A stretch of DNA of 58,711 nt, filler included, from Sphacelaria rigidula (taxonomy: Eukaryota), in NCBI GenBank assembly GCA_964200075.2. It is 9 parts of 9 records of this genome, joined end to end, with 100 filler letters (N's around TTAATTAATTAA, not from the genome) between each part and the next. Parts side by side here need not be neighbours in the genome. Positions count along the whole stretch, not along the records: positions 32,676 to 39,109 come from CAXNAA020020087.1; positions 39,210 to 45,643 come from CAXNAA020020088.1; positions 45,744 to 52,177 come from CAXNAA020020089.1; 6 more parts are not named here. The stretch is one strand, 5' to 3'. Shown piece after piece: positions 37,561-49,899 of this stretch (position 1 is the first letter of the stretch; each line of letters begins with the position of its first letter). The notes under the pieces are model-generated. The model had not been told where the DNA came from and did no database searches. It worked only from the letters and a program-made list of their open reading frames with translations. A program made the position numbers and the translations under genes.

Positions 37561-38036
37561 TTGAGTGGAGGAGTCAGCAATCCCACGAGCGAAAAATTAT
37601 GTGCAATGGCCTAGAAAAGGTATACTTCTCGTTTTTTGCCTAAGAAACGTACGAAAAATGGCCAGAAACCCGAAAACAGCCAAACACGCCATTTTGACCG
37701 TTTTCGCTCAGGATTTTTCACGCACGTCATTCGGGGGGGGCATTGGCACCCGGGACTCGAAAAAAAACGGATAAAAAGCATGGTACTCGAGAGATATGGG
37801 CACGCGAAAACGGACATATTGTCTCCAGGAACCGATTACCTTTTTTTGCAGGCCACATTTCGCCGAGGTATGCCTGATCTAGGAATTCTTTTTCAATTGT
37901 ACCTTATCTGGCCCACCGATCGGCCGAGAACGTACCTCTGCTAGGCCATGGCTCTCTACACTGTACCGGGGAGTCTACGCGCCAACACCAACCATGATGC
38001 AAACACACTAGGCTCTCTTCCCGCCCATTTGCCGCT

Positions 38037-39109
38037 CACGATCGCCGCAACGACCACGCCCCTTCCTCCCCGGAAATGGTTCCCGAGTCTCTCGGCATCG
38101 ACACAAACTGGACTTACAACTCACAACGCGTGGGTCTTTTGTCGTACGGGAGGTTGTCGGACACACCGTACTCGTGCCTCCGACGAAAACACAAACGGCA
38201 CACGTGCACGGCAATCCCAAACGGCCAGCGTGGAAAGATGTACTCCTTACAGAATGGAATATTTTGCTTGTTGCAACAGGTGCGATAGTCTATATTACAC
38301 GCAGTACACTTTTTGATCCAGGGTGTGGGTTATTCGACGGGTTAACGCGGTGCGGGCGTGGTGATCCAATCCGCGACACCCTCAATGGAAACCGTGTCCC
38401 GGAGGAGGGATGGGTGGATCCCTTGAGACCATGGACTCGTCCCGAATGTGACTTGGGTACAGTACGTCTATAATGTGACCACGGCTGCTGGATCCCTGGG
38501 GGGTCAGTTAAGGCACGACAATCAATCAAATCAAATCACATTAAGTTGGCCTGAACCCTTGGACCGCGAGGGCAGTTCATCTAGATTAGGGTTAGGGTAT
38601 AATATAAATCATGCATATTTCTTTCAAGCTAAATTGATGCCGATTCAACACAGGGTCACAGGCGAGGGGGTGTCTCGTCGTCAACGTGTTGGTGCTAAGT
38701 ACAATAGCCATCAAGTGGCAGTTGTGCAATCACATTACTTCGGTTTGGATGTTGTACATCGCAGGGCAAGTGATTTGACAGCTGACGTTCGTCTCACGAG
38801 TTTCGTCTGGCACGTATCCCCACCACTGACAGTATTCTCATCTCGTGACCAACCCGCACATGAGGAGAGCTGTACTGTATCCGTTGCTTGAACCAAGCAT
38901 TGATGAAGCGACGACCTCCCGTTGGTGACGGAAGAGCCTCGCTTGACCGTAACACCAGCCCCGAGATCGGAACAATACGGTGTGTTCGACAACCTCCCGT
39001 ACGACAAAAGACCCACGCGTTGTGAGTTGTAAGTCCAGTTTGTGTCGATGCCGAGAGACTCGGGAACCATTACCGGGGAGAAAGGGGCGTGGTCGTTGTG
39101 GCGACCGTG
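38037..39109. repeat. Near-identical inverted repeat pair (38037-38170 and 38976-39109)
   Basis: Both give MVPESLGIDTNWTYNSQRVGLLSYGRLS on opposite strands. The second copy is cut by the contig end. Confidence 0.85.
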
Positions 39110-42100
39110 NNNNNNNNNNNNNNNNNNNNNNNNNNNNNNNNNNNNNNNNNNNNTTAATTAATTAANNNNNNNNNNNNNNNNNNNNNNNNNNNNNNNNNNN
39201 NNNNNNNNNGCGGGCGGTGCCCCGCGGGGTGGGGAGTGGGTTGTGTGGGAGGCGGGTTTCCCTTTTTGAGGAGGGGAGGTACCCCCCTGATCGATGTATG
39301 ATGGCGATAGTAGTTGCTGTGTGTGCGCGAATCGGTTTTAAAACACACATCCATATATTTCAAATATGCTGCTTGTTGCTGTGTTCGACACTGCGGACAC
39401 TGCGTACCAACCGCTGCGTGACGCCTTCGGCGGTTTCATCTGCTCACTACACAGCGGCAGGGTGCAGGATGACAAAGCACACCGCAGGACGTCACATCCT
39501 CAGCCTATCGCTGTCCTGCATTGATATCGTGCTGTCCTATGCAGTTCGCCACATCATGAACGTAGCTGCTTGTACCTGCGGCCAACGTGTACGTGGGATA
39601 TCACCCATCACTACGCGCTATATCGCTACGCCACATGTTGTAAAACCTGTCCGTGTTGCAGCTATGGCGTGTTTTTGCCCAGGTGGCGCACGCAGGAGTG
39701 GAAGGCCGCCTCCATCGCTGTAATGGTTGCCTAGCTTGAAAAAATCCTGTGTTGGCTTTCCTCCTGTGTTGCCCCGGCTGGTGCGCCCACATATACCGAA
39801 AGGTGGAGACCGGCGTCCAGAATAGATGGGACGACAACACACACCACACACTGTGCGCAGTACACTTTCAACATCGTGTTCGTACTGACTGTAGAAATCT
39901 TCATCCAGGGTCTGGTACATTTCCACATGTATGTAATGTTACTCAGTGAGATCGTGGGGGAAAATCGCAACATCTGGGCGAACCGCAGGTGAGGCAATCG
40001 CCAAAATATTCACCTGCAAACTCTGCTCCAGTGCACGGTACGTCGATATCGCTAGGACACTACCATAACCACGTTTCCGGCTGCCAGGCTGTCAGGACAT
40101 AGGATCCGCTAGCATTACTACTGTCTGAACGGGGATGTTGCCCCCTTGTCGGGTACGCGGGGAAGGCTCCATGGCAGAACTCAGTGGTCGCATCAAGCAG
40201 CTGCACGCTGGGCGTTCTCACTCCAGACTTCAGTTTGAAGGATGATACTAGGTAGGCAGCTGCAGCTGCTGTCTTCCAAGGTACCCCTGAAAGTAATATG
40301 CAGGCATCTTCTGTTTGACAAAGTTTTTCCCAAAAAAAACGAAATCAATAGGGGTTTTAGAGTTGACAAATTTAGCAAAAAACGAGACCGAGTCGCGAAA
40401 AACCGGTTGGTCGATTTTTCACCCGGAGCAGAAACCATTTTTACTTAGTAAAATTGGAATACTCACTCATACAACGCACACGCGATTGCTTTCAACGTGC
40501 TGAGCGGAAACACGCATAGTTGTTGCAGACTTGTGAAAGACCGGGATGATCCGTGCATTGGTTGCCCGGTGCCCTCCACATATTCACATTAATGATGTGG
40601 TCCCTGCACCAATACGAACAGCCCAGATGATCTGCGTTCCCCGCCTTCGGTGCAACAAGTGAATGCTTCACACTTTACAAACAAGGACACGGAAACTGCT
40701 TTTTTTTTCATCTCTAGTAATGGCTCTCTAGGTTACTGAGAGAGCTGATAACACCCCGACACTTCTAACCCCAACGGCAACGATCAATGACGGCCACGCG
40801 GCTCGAAAGCACCCGGCAAATTTCCAAAACGGAATATGCAGCCCACAACTTTACAGATCACCAGCGCAATATATACATAACACTTCCACATGGATACCAA
40901 AAAGTGGAGGTGGAAAGCGTGAACCATGTAGTACAGGAGACAAAAAACCAACCGATCGGACGGTGTCAGCACCACGGGACTCACACGACAAACTCAAGTT
41001 CTACGTACGTCTATTCGCCGTTGAAACACAAACCCAGGAAACAAAAACTGCGTAGATTATCAATATTCGTAAAATGACCTACAATTCAACTTACTCTCGA
41101 GTGACCTCCTTCTCCCATGAATGTATCCATTCCACTCCCCCCCCCCCGTCTACATCGCAAAAGACGCGCGCCGCGTCATGTTAACGCGCAGGTGTCACGT
41201 GTTCGAAAAAAAACATACTACCACAGGTTCGATATAACTCCTCTAATTAGCCCTTCCCTTCCATGCTTGACTTGACCGACGACGTGACCCCCCCCCTCTC
41301 CTCAATCACCCTCGAAAAACAAATTGCTACACTTGTCTGCCCAACATACCGCCTTGACGAGGCTCCTTCTAGTGACCCGACTGATCCGTGTTGCTGCCAT
41401 CCACCCCCACACACATTCTATTTCAATTCTCGATCTTTTCACGTGGCGTCATCCGCTGTGTTCAAGCGACCTCATCCCCAACAGTAACGTGACGTCATTC
41501 TCTCAAGAATTCGCGCGTACCACCAGTCAGGTCGACATGACTCCACCGCTCATCCATGCGCCACCTTCGTGTGACGTTATCCCCTGCGGTTCAACTACTA
41601 ATAGTACCATTCGGCCAGCAGGGGCAACGGCAGTCAGCATGATTATTCTCCACTGTGAGCATCTGCTCTGCACGCAGGGTCAATTTCCAATCCCACTTGC
41701 GATTCGGCATCATTTTCGGTCGTGTTCAAGCGAGAGCGATGCCGATTCACGATGGGCCCTCACCCCAGTTAGTCCACTCCCGTCCCAAAAGGGTTGGGGC
41801 ATGGCACTTAGGCAGGGCAAGATAAAAGCGCTTCGTGAACGCGTCACGAAACTCTTAAAGCCGTACGATTACAAGGCGCGAGAACGTACATGACTCCAAA
41901 CCGTCGCGCAACAAACCAATCTTCGGTTGTCATTAACCCACAGCCAACAACGTCCCCTGGCTTGCGATCCCATCATGATCATACTGACACAACAACAACG
42001 TGACTTTTAGTATTCATTGCGACGGCCTTGCCTCCATCGCTCAGAGGCAACCCCTCGCTACACATACCTGCACCCAGTCTCCTCGATGCACAATACACCA

Positions 42101-42195
42101 TGTTTGTCACGAGGCCAGATTCTGGGATACATGATTTTCGACTTCCCTATCCCTGCACCAGTGTCTTCCTGTTTTGACTTCGAGAGTACGGTTTT

Positions 42196-42348
42196 TCACG
42201 ATGCCGTGGACGCGGCAGGTTCGCCTTGTTCGTCTAGCACCACCTTACCATCGTCTCCTTCTCCATTGTTCGAGTCTGAACCAGGAACTGGGGTGCCGGA
42301 GGCCATGCCAGCTAGGACACTGCTCCAAAGGAGATCCACGCAGTTCAC
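42196..42348 (-). CDS. Mpv17/PMP22 family membrane protein, last exon
   Basis: aag|GTG: VNCVDLLWSSVLAGMASG...AASTAS*. Completes the motif RVLW-VN.V...W...L from the upstream exon. Confidence 0.82.
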   Translation of the reverse strand: MNCVDLLWSSVLAGMASGTPVPGSDSNNGEGDDGKVVLDEQGEPAASTAS

Positions 42349-43554
42349 CTTCAGATGATTGTGAGAATGGAGTGTAGCGAACGAAAGAAAGAGAGAAACA
42401 AATAGATGAGTTAAGGCGAGGTCTTTTTCAGGCGGCGGGCCCATGGGTACGGGCCAAATTATATAACGCATACACTAATTTCAAGTAATTTAATCCAAAT
42501 TATTACCAGTCCCTCTACATTATATAACGCAGACTTGATTTTAGTATAGACTCCGTCACACTCGTGATCACGGGCCTTCTGGTCTCTGCAGCCACTGTAG
42601 CCACAGCAGCCACAGCAGCCACAGTACAGGACTGTACTGTACTGCGGAAAGATGGTATCCAGGACACCAACAGCCCCACAAGGAGTGCTTTGTCTTTCTG
42701 TATACGGGTTGGTGTCCTCAACGTTTGCTATGAGCGTCGTCGTGCCTGCGGTATCGTTGCGGTGGCGGGGGTCGGCGTTGCAGTCTTCATTTTTTGCGCT
42801 GAGCTAGCTTTCGCCTCCTGCACCCTGCACGGCTTTGGATATGGGGCATGAGATAAGGCGGTGCTATCGTTGTCGCTGTGCGTTGTTTCATGCTCTCTGA
42901 TAGCATAACCCCAGAAAAGGACTGTATTGGCATTAATGCTGCTACTGTAGCTCTCTACTGTTGGCCGTCGTGCTTTTGTTCGGGATGGCTCGTGTTGAGC
43001 TGTGCCGTACAGACAGTACTCACGCGATGCCGACCGCCTGGCCAGGGTTGGCGCATCTTGCGGTAAAGATACGGTTGGTATCGCGACAGAAATTGTTTGG
43101 AGATGCAATGGCGAAAACGACCAAATACTCTTACAAACGGGACATCAGACAGCTAATGCAAACATGCATTCCTCTTGCATGTGTGATCCCGTGTGCCAGA
43201 GCACCGCCCTCCTTCTAAGGTATGCCGTATAAGCTTGTTTCATGATGACATGGTGCCTGTGAAAATATCACCATGTACTGAACTGTTCTGGGCTGTAGCC
43301 AGCTAGCGGAGGGAAATGAAGCCCAGGCCGGGCCTGGACAGAAAAAAAAAACCCAAACAATTCAATCTTATTGCCCTCTCTGCGGCATATGGCGCTTGAG
43401 TAGCGCACGTGTGTCCATCAACACAGAAATCCAGGGTTTAATCCGTTCGAGGATCATGGAAAACAACGAAAAAATCGATGATTTCAGTTTAACTATTATA
43501 TAACGATCCGTACTCATGAACTCGGTGCCCTTTTTCACCGGCAGGCCGTCGAAG

Positions 43555-44330
43555 GACTTATGATACCTAGCAAATAAAACCACCGGTGAACCAGCGATGT
43601 CTGTTTTTTTTGTCATTCGCCAGACGCAAACCGCGTTGCATAGGGCTATTTTCGAACTTGTAGCATTGAGACTTGTGCCAAATGAATGTGGAAGCAGTAC
43701 TTTCCCCTCTCCCCCCGGAAATAGTGGGAAAATGTGGACTATACTAGAAGTAACGGGACGTGTTAGAAGAGGAGATGAGAGAACTACACCAACGTAGCAT
43801 GAAACCGTTTGGAACATCAAAAAGTGACGAGAATATGACCGCTGCCCTAGGAGGTGGGTGGTGGCCACAGACGACGAAACAGAAAGTGGAAGATACATGT
43901 AAAAATGTTCTTATGTATTGTTTGGAAGAAACATCGTGAGCGCCCAAATGTTGGAGGTGTCACTATTTGATGGAGTAAAAAAACGGTGCTCCGTCTCGGA
44001 AGGGATGCGTGGTCAATGGTCAAATGTCGAAGGTAAGCGAAAAATGAATACCCCCCCCCGCCCCCCCGTGTGTACGGTGCTCCGTCTCGAAAAGGGTGCG
44101 TGGACAACGGTCACATGACCAAGGCAACAAATGAGTACGCCCCTCCGTGCACAGGAATGTTGCTCCGTTTCACAAGGGATATGTGGTCAATTATCCAACG
44201 ACTGAGGCAAGCAACAAATGAGTACGCTCCAACCTCCCCCCCCCCCACCTGCTCCGTCTCGAAAGGGATGCGTGGTCAATGGTCAAATGACTAAGGCAAG
44301 CAACAAATGAGTACGCCCCCCCCCACCTCC
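43555..44330 (+). mobile_element. Probable LINE 3' end with four tandem tail units, in Mpv17 intron
   Basis: Matches 1-405. Tail unit at about 43988, 44078, 44162 and 44251. Confidence 0.6.
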
Positions 44331-45120
44331 CGTGCACTAGTCGTGTGGCAGAAATGTTCGAAAACAAAAAACACATGGGCATCAGACAGAAGACGACGGA
44401 CGGCTGAGAAGCAAACGAGAAAGAAAGAGCCATCTACAGATACGATAGGTACTTCTGCAGAGAAAAACAAAATAGTAGCGCGGGTGGTTGCAGCGGAGGG
44501 CATGCTTGCACTGTCGGACGGACGAACGCATCGTTAGGCTTAAACGGTACCGTTGTCAATTCAAAGCCATGCGTGTGCCCTGAGACATCCCACCCTCGAA
44601 ATACTTCGCGATTAACCGACTCCCCCAGAACAAGAGCACCGACATGGTTGCATCCCGCACAAACGCCAGAGGAACGATTCGTCGTTCGTACAGCAAACAA
44701 TCGGGGCGCAAGTCGGGCACGTGTTTGATGAAGACGACATTGAAATGTATTCATCGCAGAAAACAATAGAATGCTTGATTGGTTGATTGTCGCACACCAA
44801 TTTATCCGCTACGAATTCAGGCGTGGTTGGTCATTTGATAGAATATGGACGGACCCAAGGCAAACAAATGGAAATCCTCGCGGAAGGGAAGGAAACTTGA
44901 GACGAGAACGTGAAAGTATACTCATGCAAAGTACGGAGGAGGAACATACATGTGGTTCATTCAGTGCATATAGATTCACGTATGTATGCATACATACACG
45001 GATATTACCAAACGTACATTCCGACCGTGCGAAAAACAAAACAAAAAGGAAATGTCCACACACAAACGGAACAACCCCGCTCCGTCTCCATTTCCCTCCT
45101 CAAAATATATGCGCACGTAC

Positions 45121-45270
45121 CCAGAGCACCCGATGCCTTGGAGGTATCATGAAGTATGTCACCACGTGCACAAACGGCCAAAACCGCCAACCAGTCGTCA
45201 CCACCTTCGGCACCTTCTCCACCACCGTGGCCTGAATCTCCTCTGCCGGGTCTCCGCGGAGGGCACTCAC
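45121..45270 (-). CDS. Mpv17/PMP22 family membrane protein, internal exon
   Basis: cag|GTG...TGG|gtacgt, 50 codons: VSALRGDPAEEIQATVVEKVPKVVTTGWRFWPFVHVVTYFMIPPRHRVLW. Contains the family motif W..WP......Y..IP...RVL. Confidence 0.88.
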
Positions 45271-46368
45271 CTGTACACGGTCACAAGTCCCCGGAAACAC
45301 AGCAAACGATAGGCGGATGCAAATTAATTGGCACACCTACATGGGTGTGTATAAAGCAGATCTCTCTGCAGTGTGCAGAGCACGTTCTTCACAATCCTGG
45401 GGTTCCGCGATCCTGACCCCCTGGGCAACAACAACGAGGATAATTTCCCATGACCAACAGCTGGCTGTCTTCAGTCCGGGCTGTGAAGGTCTACTCGGAA
45501 GCACCAGTGGAGTAGCGACCCATGGTGAATCGTACACGGAGTGGAAGAGTGACGTATGTTGGAAATATGCAGCACAGCCTAGCTGCTTGCATTTTGTGAG
45601 TCTTTACTCTGATAGCAAATTAGCGGCGTAACTAATCACGTTTNNNNNNNNNNNNNNNNNNNNNNNNNNNNNNNNNNNNNNNNNNNNTTAATTAATTAAN
45701 NNNNNNNNNNNNNNNNNNNNNNNNNNNNNNNNNNNNNNNNNNNGTGCCTGGGCGGGGCGGGGGGGGCGGGTCTGGGGGGGGGGGCAGGGCTGGCGGGGGG
45801 GGGGTGGGGGGGGGGGGGGGGTCACAAGATAGACGCATTCACGGTGAAATAACGGTGACATACCCTCGCTGAAGGGAACTCGCTACAGTACACAGTACAG
45901 GGGGGAAATGAGAATGAAAAAGGAGGAATGTAACTGAGAGTAAACTTGAGAAAATATATATAAGAAGCGGAGGGACGGAAGAGAAAACACACGAAAACAA
46001 GAGAGAAAAGAAAGGAAAATGCCACACTGAGATCTATTATTATTGCGTATACACATGTATATATATATATATTGTTGATTGGTTGATTCATTGGTTGTCA
46101 TGCATATGCTGATCTCCGAGGAACCTAGCCGTCGTCACACAATAGGCGTACCCAAGATGAACAGAATCGCTACAGTCGCTACAAGAATCTCGAGTAAGGG
46201 AAATATACAAAGAAATACGGATATAACCAAAATAGAGCAAGCGGAGGATATTGAAGATGGAAATAATGAAAATGACGGAAAAGGAGCAAAGAAACAGAGA
46301 TGCCCAGCCCTGCAACATGACTTTAGGCAAGATGGCCGTAGAGAGAGAAATGAGAGAGAGAAAAGGGG

Positions 46369-46372
<4 letters not shown>

Positions 46373-46405
<33 letters not shown>
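46373..46405. repeat. (GA)n microsatellite
   Basis: Uninterrupted gagaga run. Confidence 0.95.
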
Positions 46406-46413
<8 letters not shown>

Positions 46414-47364
46414 CGGAAAGTGACAGCAGACAGGAGGAAGAACAAGCAAGGGCGTGATGGAACGAACCCAAAGACTGAGCAAAATACGCTTACAGATACA
46501 GCTACAATCATCACCAAGATTGGAGGCGAAGGAAAGGAGTCCACAGCCGATGAAAATAAGACAGGACAAGGGTCTGTCGAGAAAAAGAAATCGGACACGG
46601 AGCCCCCCCCCCCCGTCCCTGAGGGCGGTGTTGACAAACCCTTGGACAGGAATATATATTTAGCCCCGCCTTTTCCTCCCATTCTTCGTCGGGTACGAAG
46701 CGAGCGTTATCTCGACCAGCTACGTATATTTCTTCCCTCCTCCCGCAGCCACCCGACTGGCGATGATAGTTGTGTCGGGGAAGTCGAATCCAACCAGTAA
46801 ACAAATCTATTACAACCACAAACATCGAGGAGAGTGGCAGGACCTACAGACTAGTCGTCGTACTGCGTCAGTCATGATGCAACATACACACTAGCCAGTG
46901 GGCTGTATCGGCAGTGCTTGAGTCGGAGCTCATTCCGGCAGCTGCGGAGGTTTCTGTGTTGGTACCCAAGCTCAACACCGCAGCTGAGCAGTGATACCCA
47001 GAGCGGGAACACGGTCGTACGATGAGCTTTGATGGAGATGAGGCACGAGTAAGCGAGTGCCAGATTCGGCCGACTTGGGCCAGCGGCTGTCGCTGGGAGT
47101 CTGCACCCTCCCGGGCGACCAGAATGAAAGACATATGCCTCGTAATTAGCTGAAGCAGGAAAATTAACGAAGAAAAAAAATACTTGCAAGGAAGTTTAGA
47201 AGAAGGGCAAGCTCAGGAAGGAGGGCGGAGCAAAGATTCAAGAATGTAGATGTACATGAAGCTAGAGCTAGGTCCTCTGTGGAGGAGCTCAACGTGGCGA
47301 CCTGCAATGCACACACGGCCATTTGGCTACCCCCAATTTTCCTCCTGGGTGGTCAAGTTTTCGA

Positions 47365-47715
47365 GCCTTCAGAGGAATCAAACGCGTCCGGAGGGGTGCG
47401 TGGCCCTCCAAACGGATGCGCGGCCCTCCAGAGGAATATTTTTTCGTTTACTGCAGAGGGATTATACGCCTGCCTCCGCAGGCTTGTTTTTGCCTCGGGA
47501 GGGCCGCGCATCCCTCCGGAGGCATTTTGCTATCCTTGAATCCCTCCGGAAGGGTGCGCGGCCCTCCAGGGCGGTAGTGTTTGATTTCCTCCAGAGGAAT
47601 TATACGCCTCCGGAGCCTTGCTTTGCCTCTGGAGAGCCGCGTACCCCTCTGGAGGAAACCAAACACTACCGCCCTGGAGGGCCGCGTGTGTGGGCGTACA
47701 TTGTCCCTCCCCGGG
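47365..47715. repeat. CCTCCRGAGG-motif array containing a 41-bp inverted repeat
   Basis: Arms 47557-47597 and 47646-47686, one mismatch, 48-nt spacer. Confidence 0.8.
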
Positions 47716-49242
47716 AAAGCACTGACTGAGTTGTTCATTAAGTACCGTATATTATTAACTTATCCCCCACAAGTCATGATCCAGTCGTGGTTACTATCCA
47801 AATGATAGGCATACCCTGGATGAAACAAAACGAAAACACTCGCTGGACGAAGGAAAGAGAAGAAGAAAAGAGAAGAAGGAAAACAGAAAGAAGGAGGAGC
47901 AGGCGCAAAGAAGACCAGACAGAAAAGAAAAAAAAAACAGGCGAAAACAAAAACAAAAATACTCTTAATAAGCGAAAGCAAAGCAAAAGCGAAACAACAA
48001 AAGAAGAACAACAGTACTACAGACAGCAAGCAGGTCGGTCACGCTGAGGTGGTCTTGCCAAAAACCAGAGCAACGTTCTCGGAATGCCGGAGGCACGGAG
48101 GTCAGGCAACACTGAGTTCTCTGCCGCAAGATACCGCATCTTCTCCTGTGGAACAGAAGGGAGAGAGGTAAGAAGAGCTGGACGGCGCAGGGTTGAGTCG
48201 GCGGTTAATGAGTCGATCATCAACAACACTACGTGAACACAGACACTTCCAAGTCCGAGTCCGGACAAGATACGGACATGTCTTGGATTGAGTTGACACG
48301 TTCTGGACTGAGCTGGATAGCACTGTGAATCAGGTCCCGAACCACCACACCACCTGCTTGTTCTAATAGATGCGGATGCTAGGGTTGAGATACGAAGACG
48401 AGACATACGTGGTAAAGTAACGGGGGTATACGGTAGCGGTCCAGGGCGAACGCAGCAATGGTACGCGGCCCTGCTAGATTTTTGTAGATATTTTCAACAA
48501 GCTTTTCCTGGCCTACTTCCTCTTGCGGTGCTCGCCTCATCTTTTCTTTGCAAGAAGGGTTTAGCGGTGCATTTCCCTCGTCAACCGTGAAGTGGAAGTT
48601 TGTGTCAACCATCACTACTACAAAATTGATGGCAGATCTCAAGATAAATCTATCACCCATGTTTTCGGGAAGAAAAAAAATGTTTCATACAAAAAACAAA
48701 AAATCATGGCAGTTCAGTGCATTACGTTTTGACGTTTCTACACACGCGCGCGAGCGCTATTTTCTCGCACAATACTCTACCGTGATGTCGCCAACCCCTT
48801 CCTCACGAGACTGTCATGCGGATCATGGCCCTGGTTCGTCTCACTACTTCCTTACGTAAACCCTATCCTGTCATGAGAGGCTGGTACGGGTATCTGAAAG
48901 GAGGATGGGGTTCAGGCCCATAATTATCGACACGGTTTTTCCCAAGACTTCCGAATTTTTCAGACACGTCGGACGCCGCGTTCGGGTTTTCCAACAATGA
49001 AGTGGCTTGACTTTTTCTCCGGAACTTCATTTTGGGGCAAATCTGGAGATTACCCAGCACTTCGGAGAGCTACCCTGTGCGTACGCCGGGGCGCTCACAA
49101 GCTTTCGAGACTCATCAGTTGCCATCAATGTCCGAAATTCATCGAAAAACTCCAAAAAACGGTGTCGATAATAATGGGCCTTAGCAGGACGAATGCTGGA
49201 GAGCGAGCAGTACTGCAGGGACAAGGAGGAGGAACTGTTACA

Positions 49243-49607
49243 GTGTGCGTGTTGTCGTCCCATCTATTCTGGACGCCAGTCTACACCTTTCGGTATATAC
49301 TTCGTATGGGCGCACCAGCCGCGGTTACACAGGAGGAACGTCAACACAGGAGCTTTTTTCTTTTTTGTTTGTTTTTAGTACTCCACCTTTCTTCTGCGGT
49401 GCTTGCTTATATATTTTTCATCGCAAGAAGCATCCGGCAATCCCCTTCCCTTGTCGACCGTCAAGTCGAATTTTTTGTACCCACGACACAGTCGCTCTCC
49501 GCTGTTATGCATGGTGTGAGAAAAATCCCAGATCACTCCGAGATTTTAACCCACGACCCAACCGTCAGAAGATTTCGAGGTTACCAACTGAGCCACCGGG
49601 GCGACCG
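49243..49607 (-). mobile_element. Near full-length tRNA-derived SINE (family B)
   Basis: Minus strand begins gccccggtggctcagttggt (A box) ... gggttaaaatctc (decayed B box) and ends gatgggacgacaacacgcacac. Confidence 0.75.
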
Positions 49608-49899
49608 ATTACAGTCATTATTATTATTATTATTATTTCCACACATTAGTCCGATCTCGCGAACCCGTGGTCACAGACGTGACTCGCCTTTCCAATACCG
49701 TCCCTGCTATTTCTTACAAGACACATTACCGAAACTAAAAATAAGACGAGAGACGCCACGGAAACCAGTGAGATGTAGCTCCCCCGAGTTCAACCAGGAG
49801 AGAAAGGAAAGAAAGAAAAACAAACGAACACACGAACATCAAACGCCAGATCTGTCAGAAATGTACACCGAAAGACAGTACGAGGGTAAAATCGGTGAG

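Noticed and set aside
48017..48660. Possible exons after pyrimidine-rich acceptors (EKMR...)
   Set aside because: No recognisable domain or consistent splice chain.
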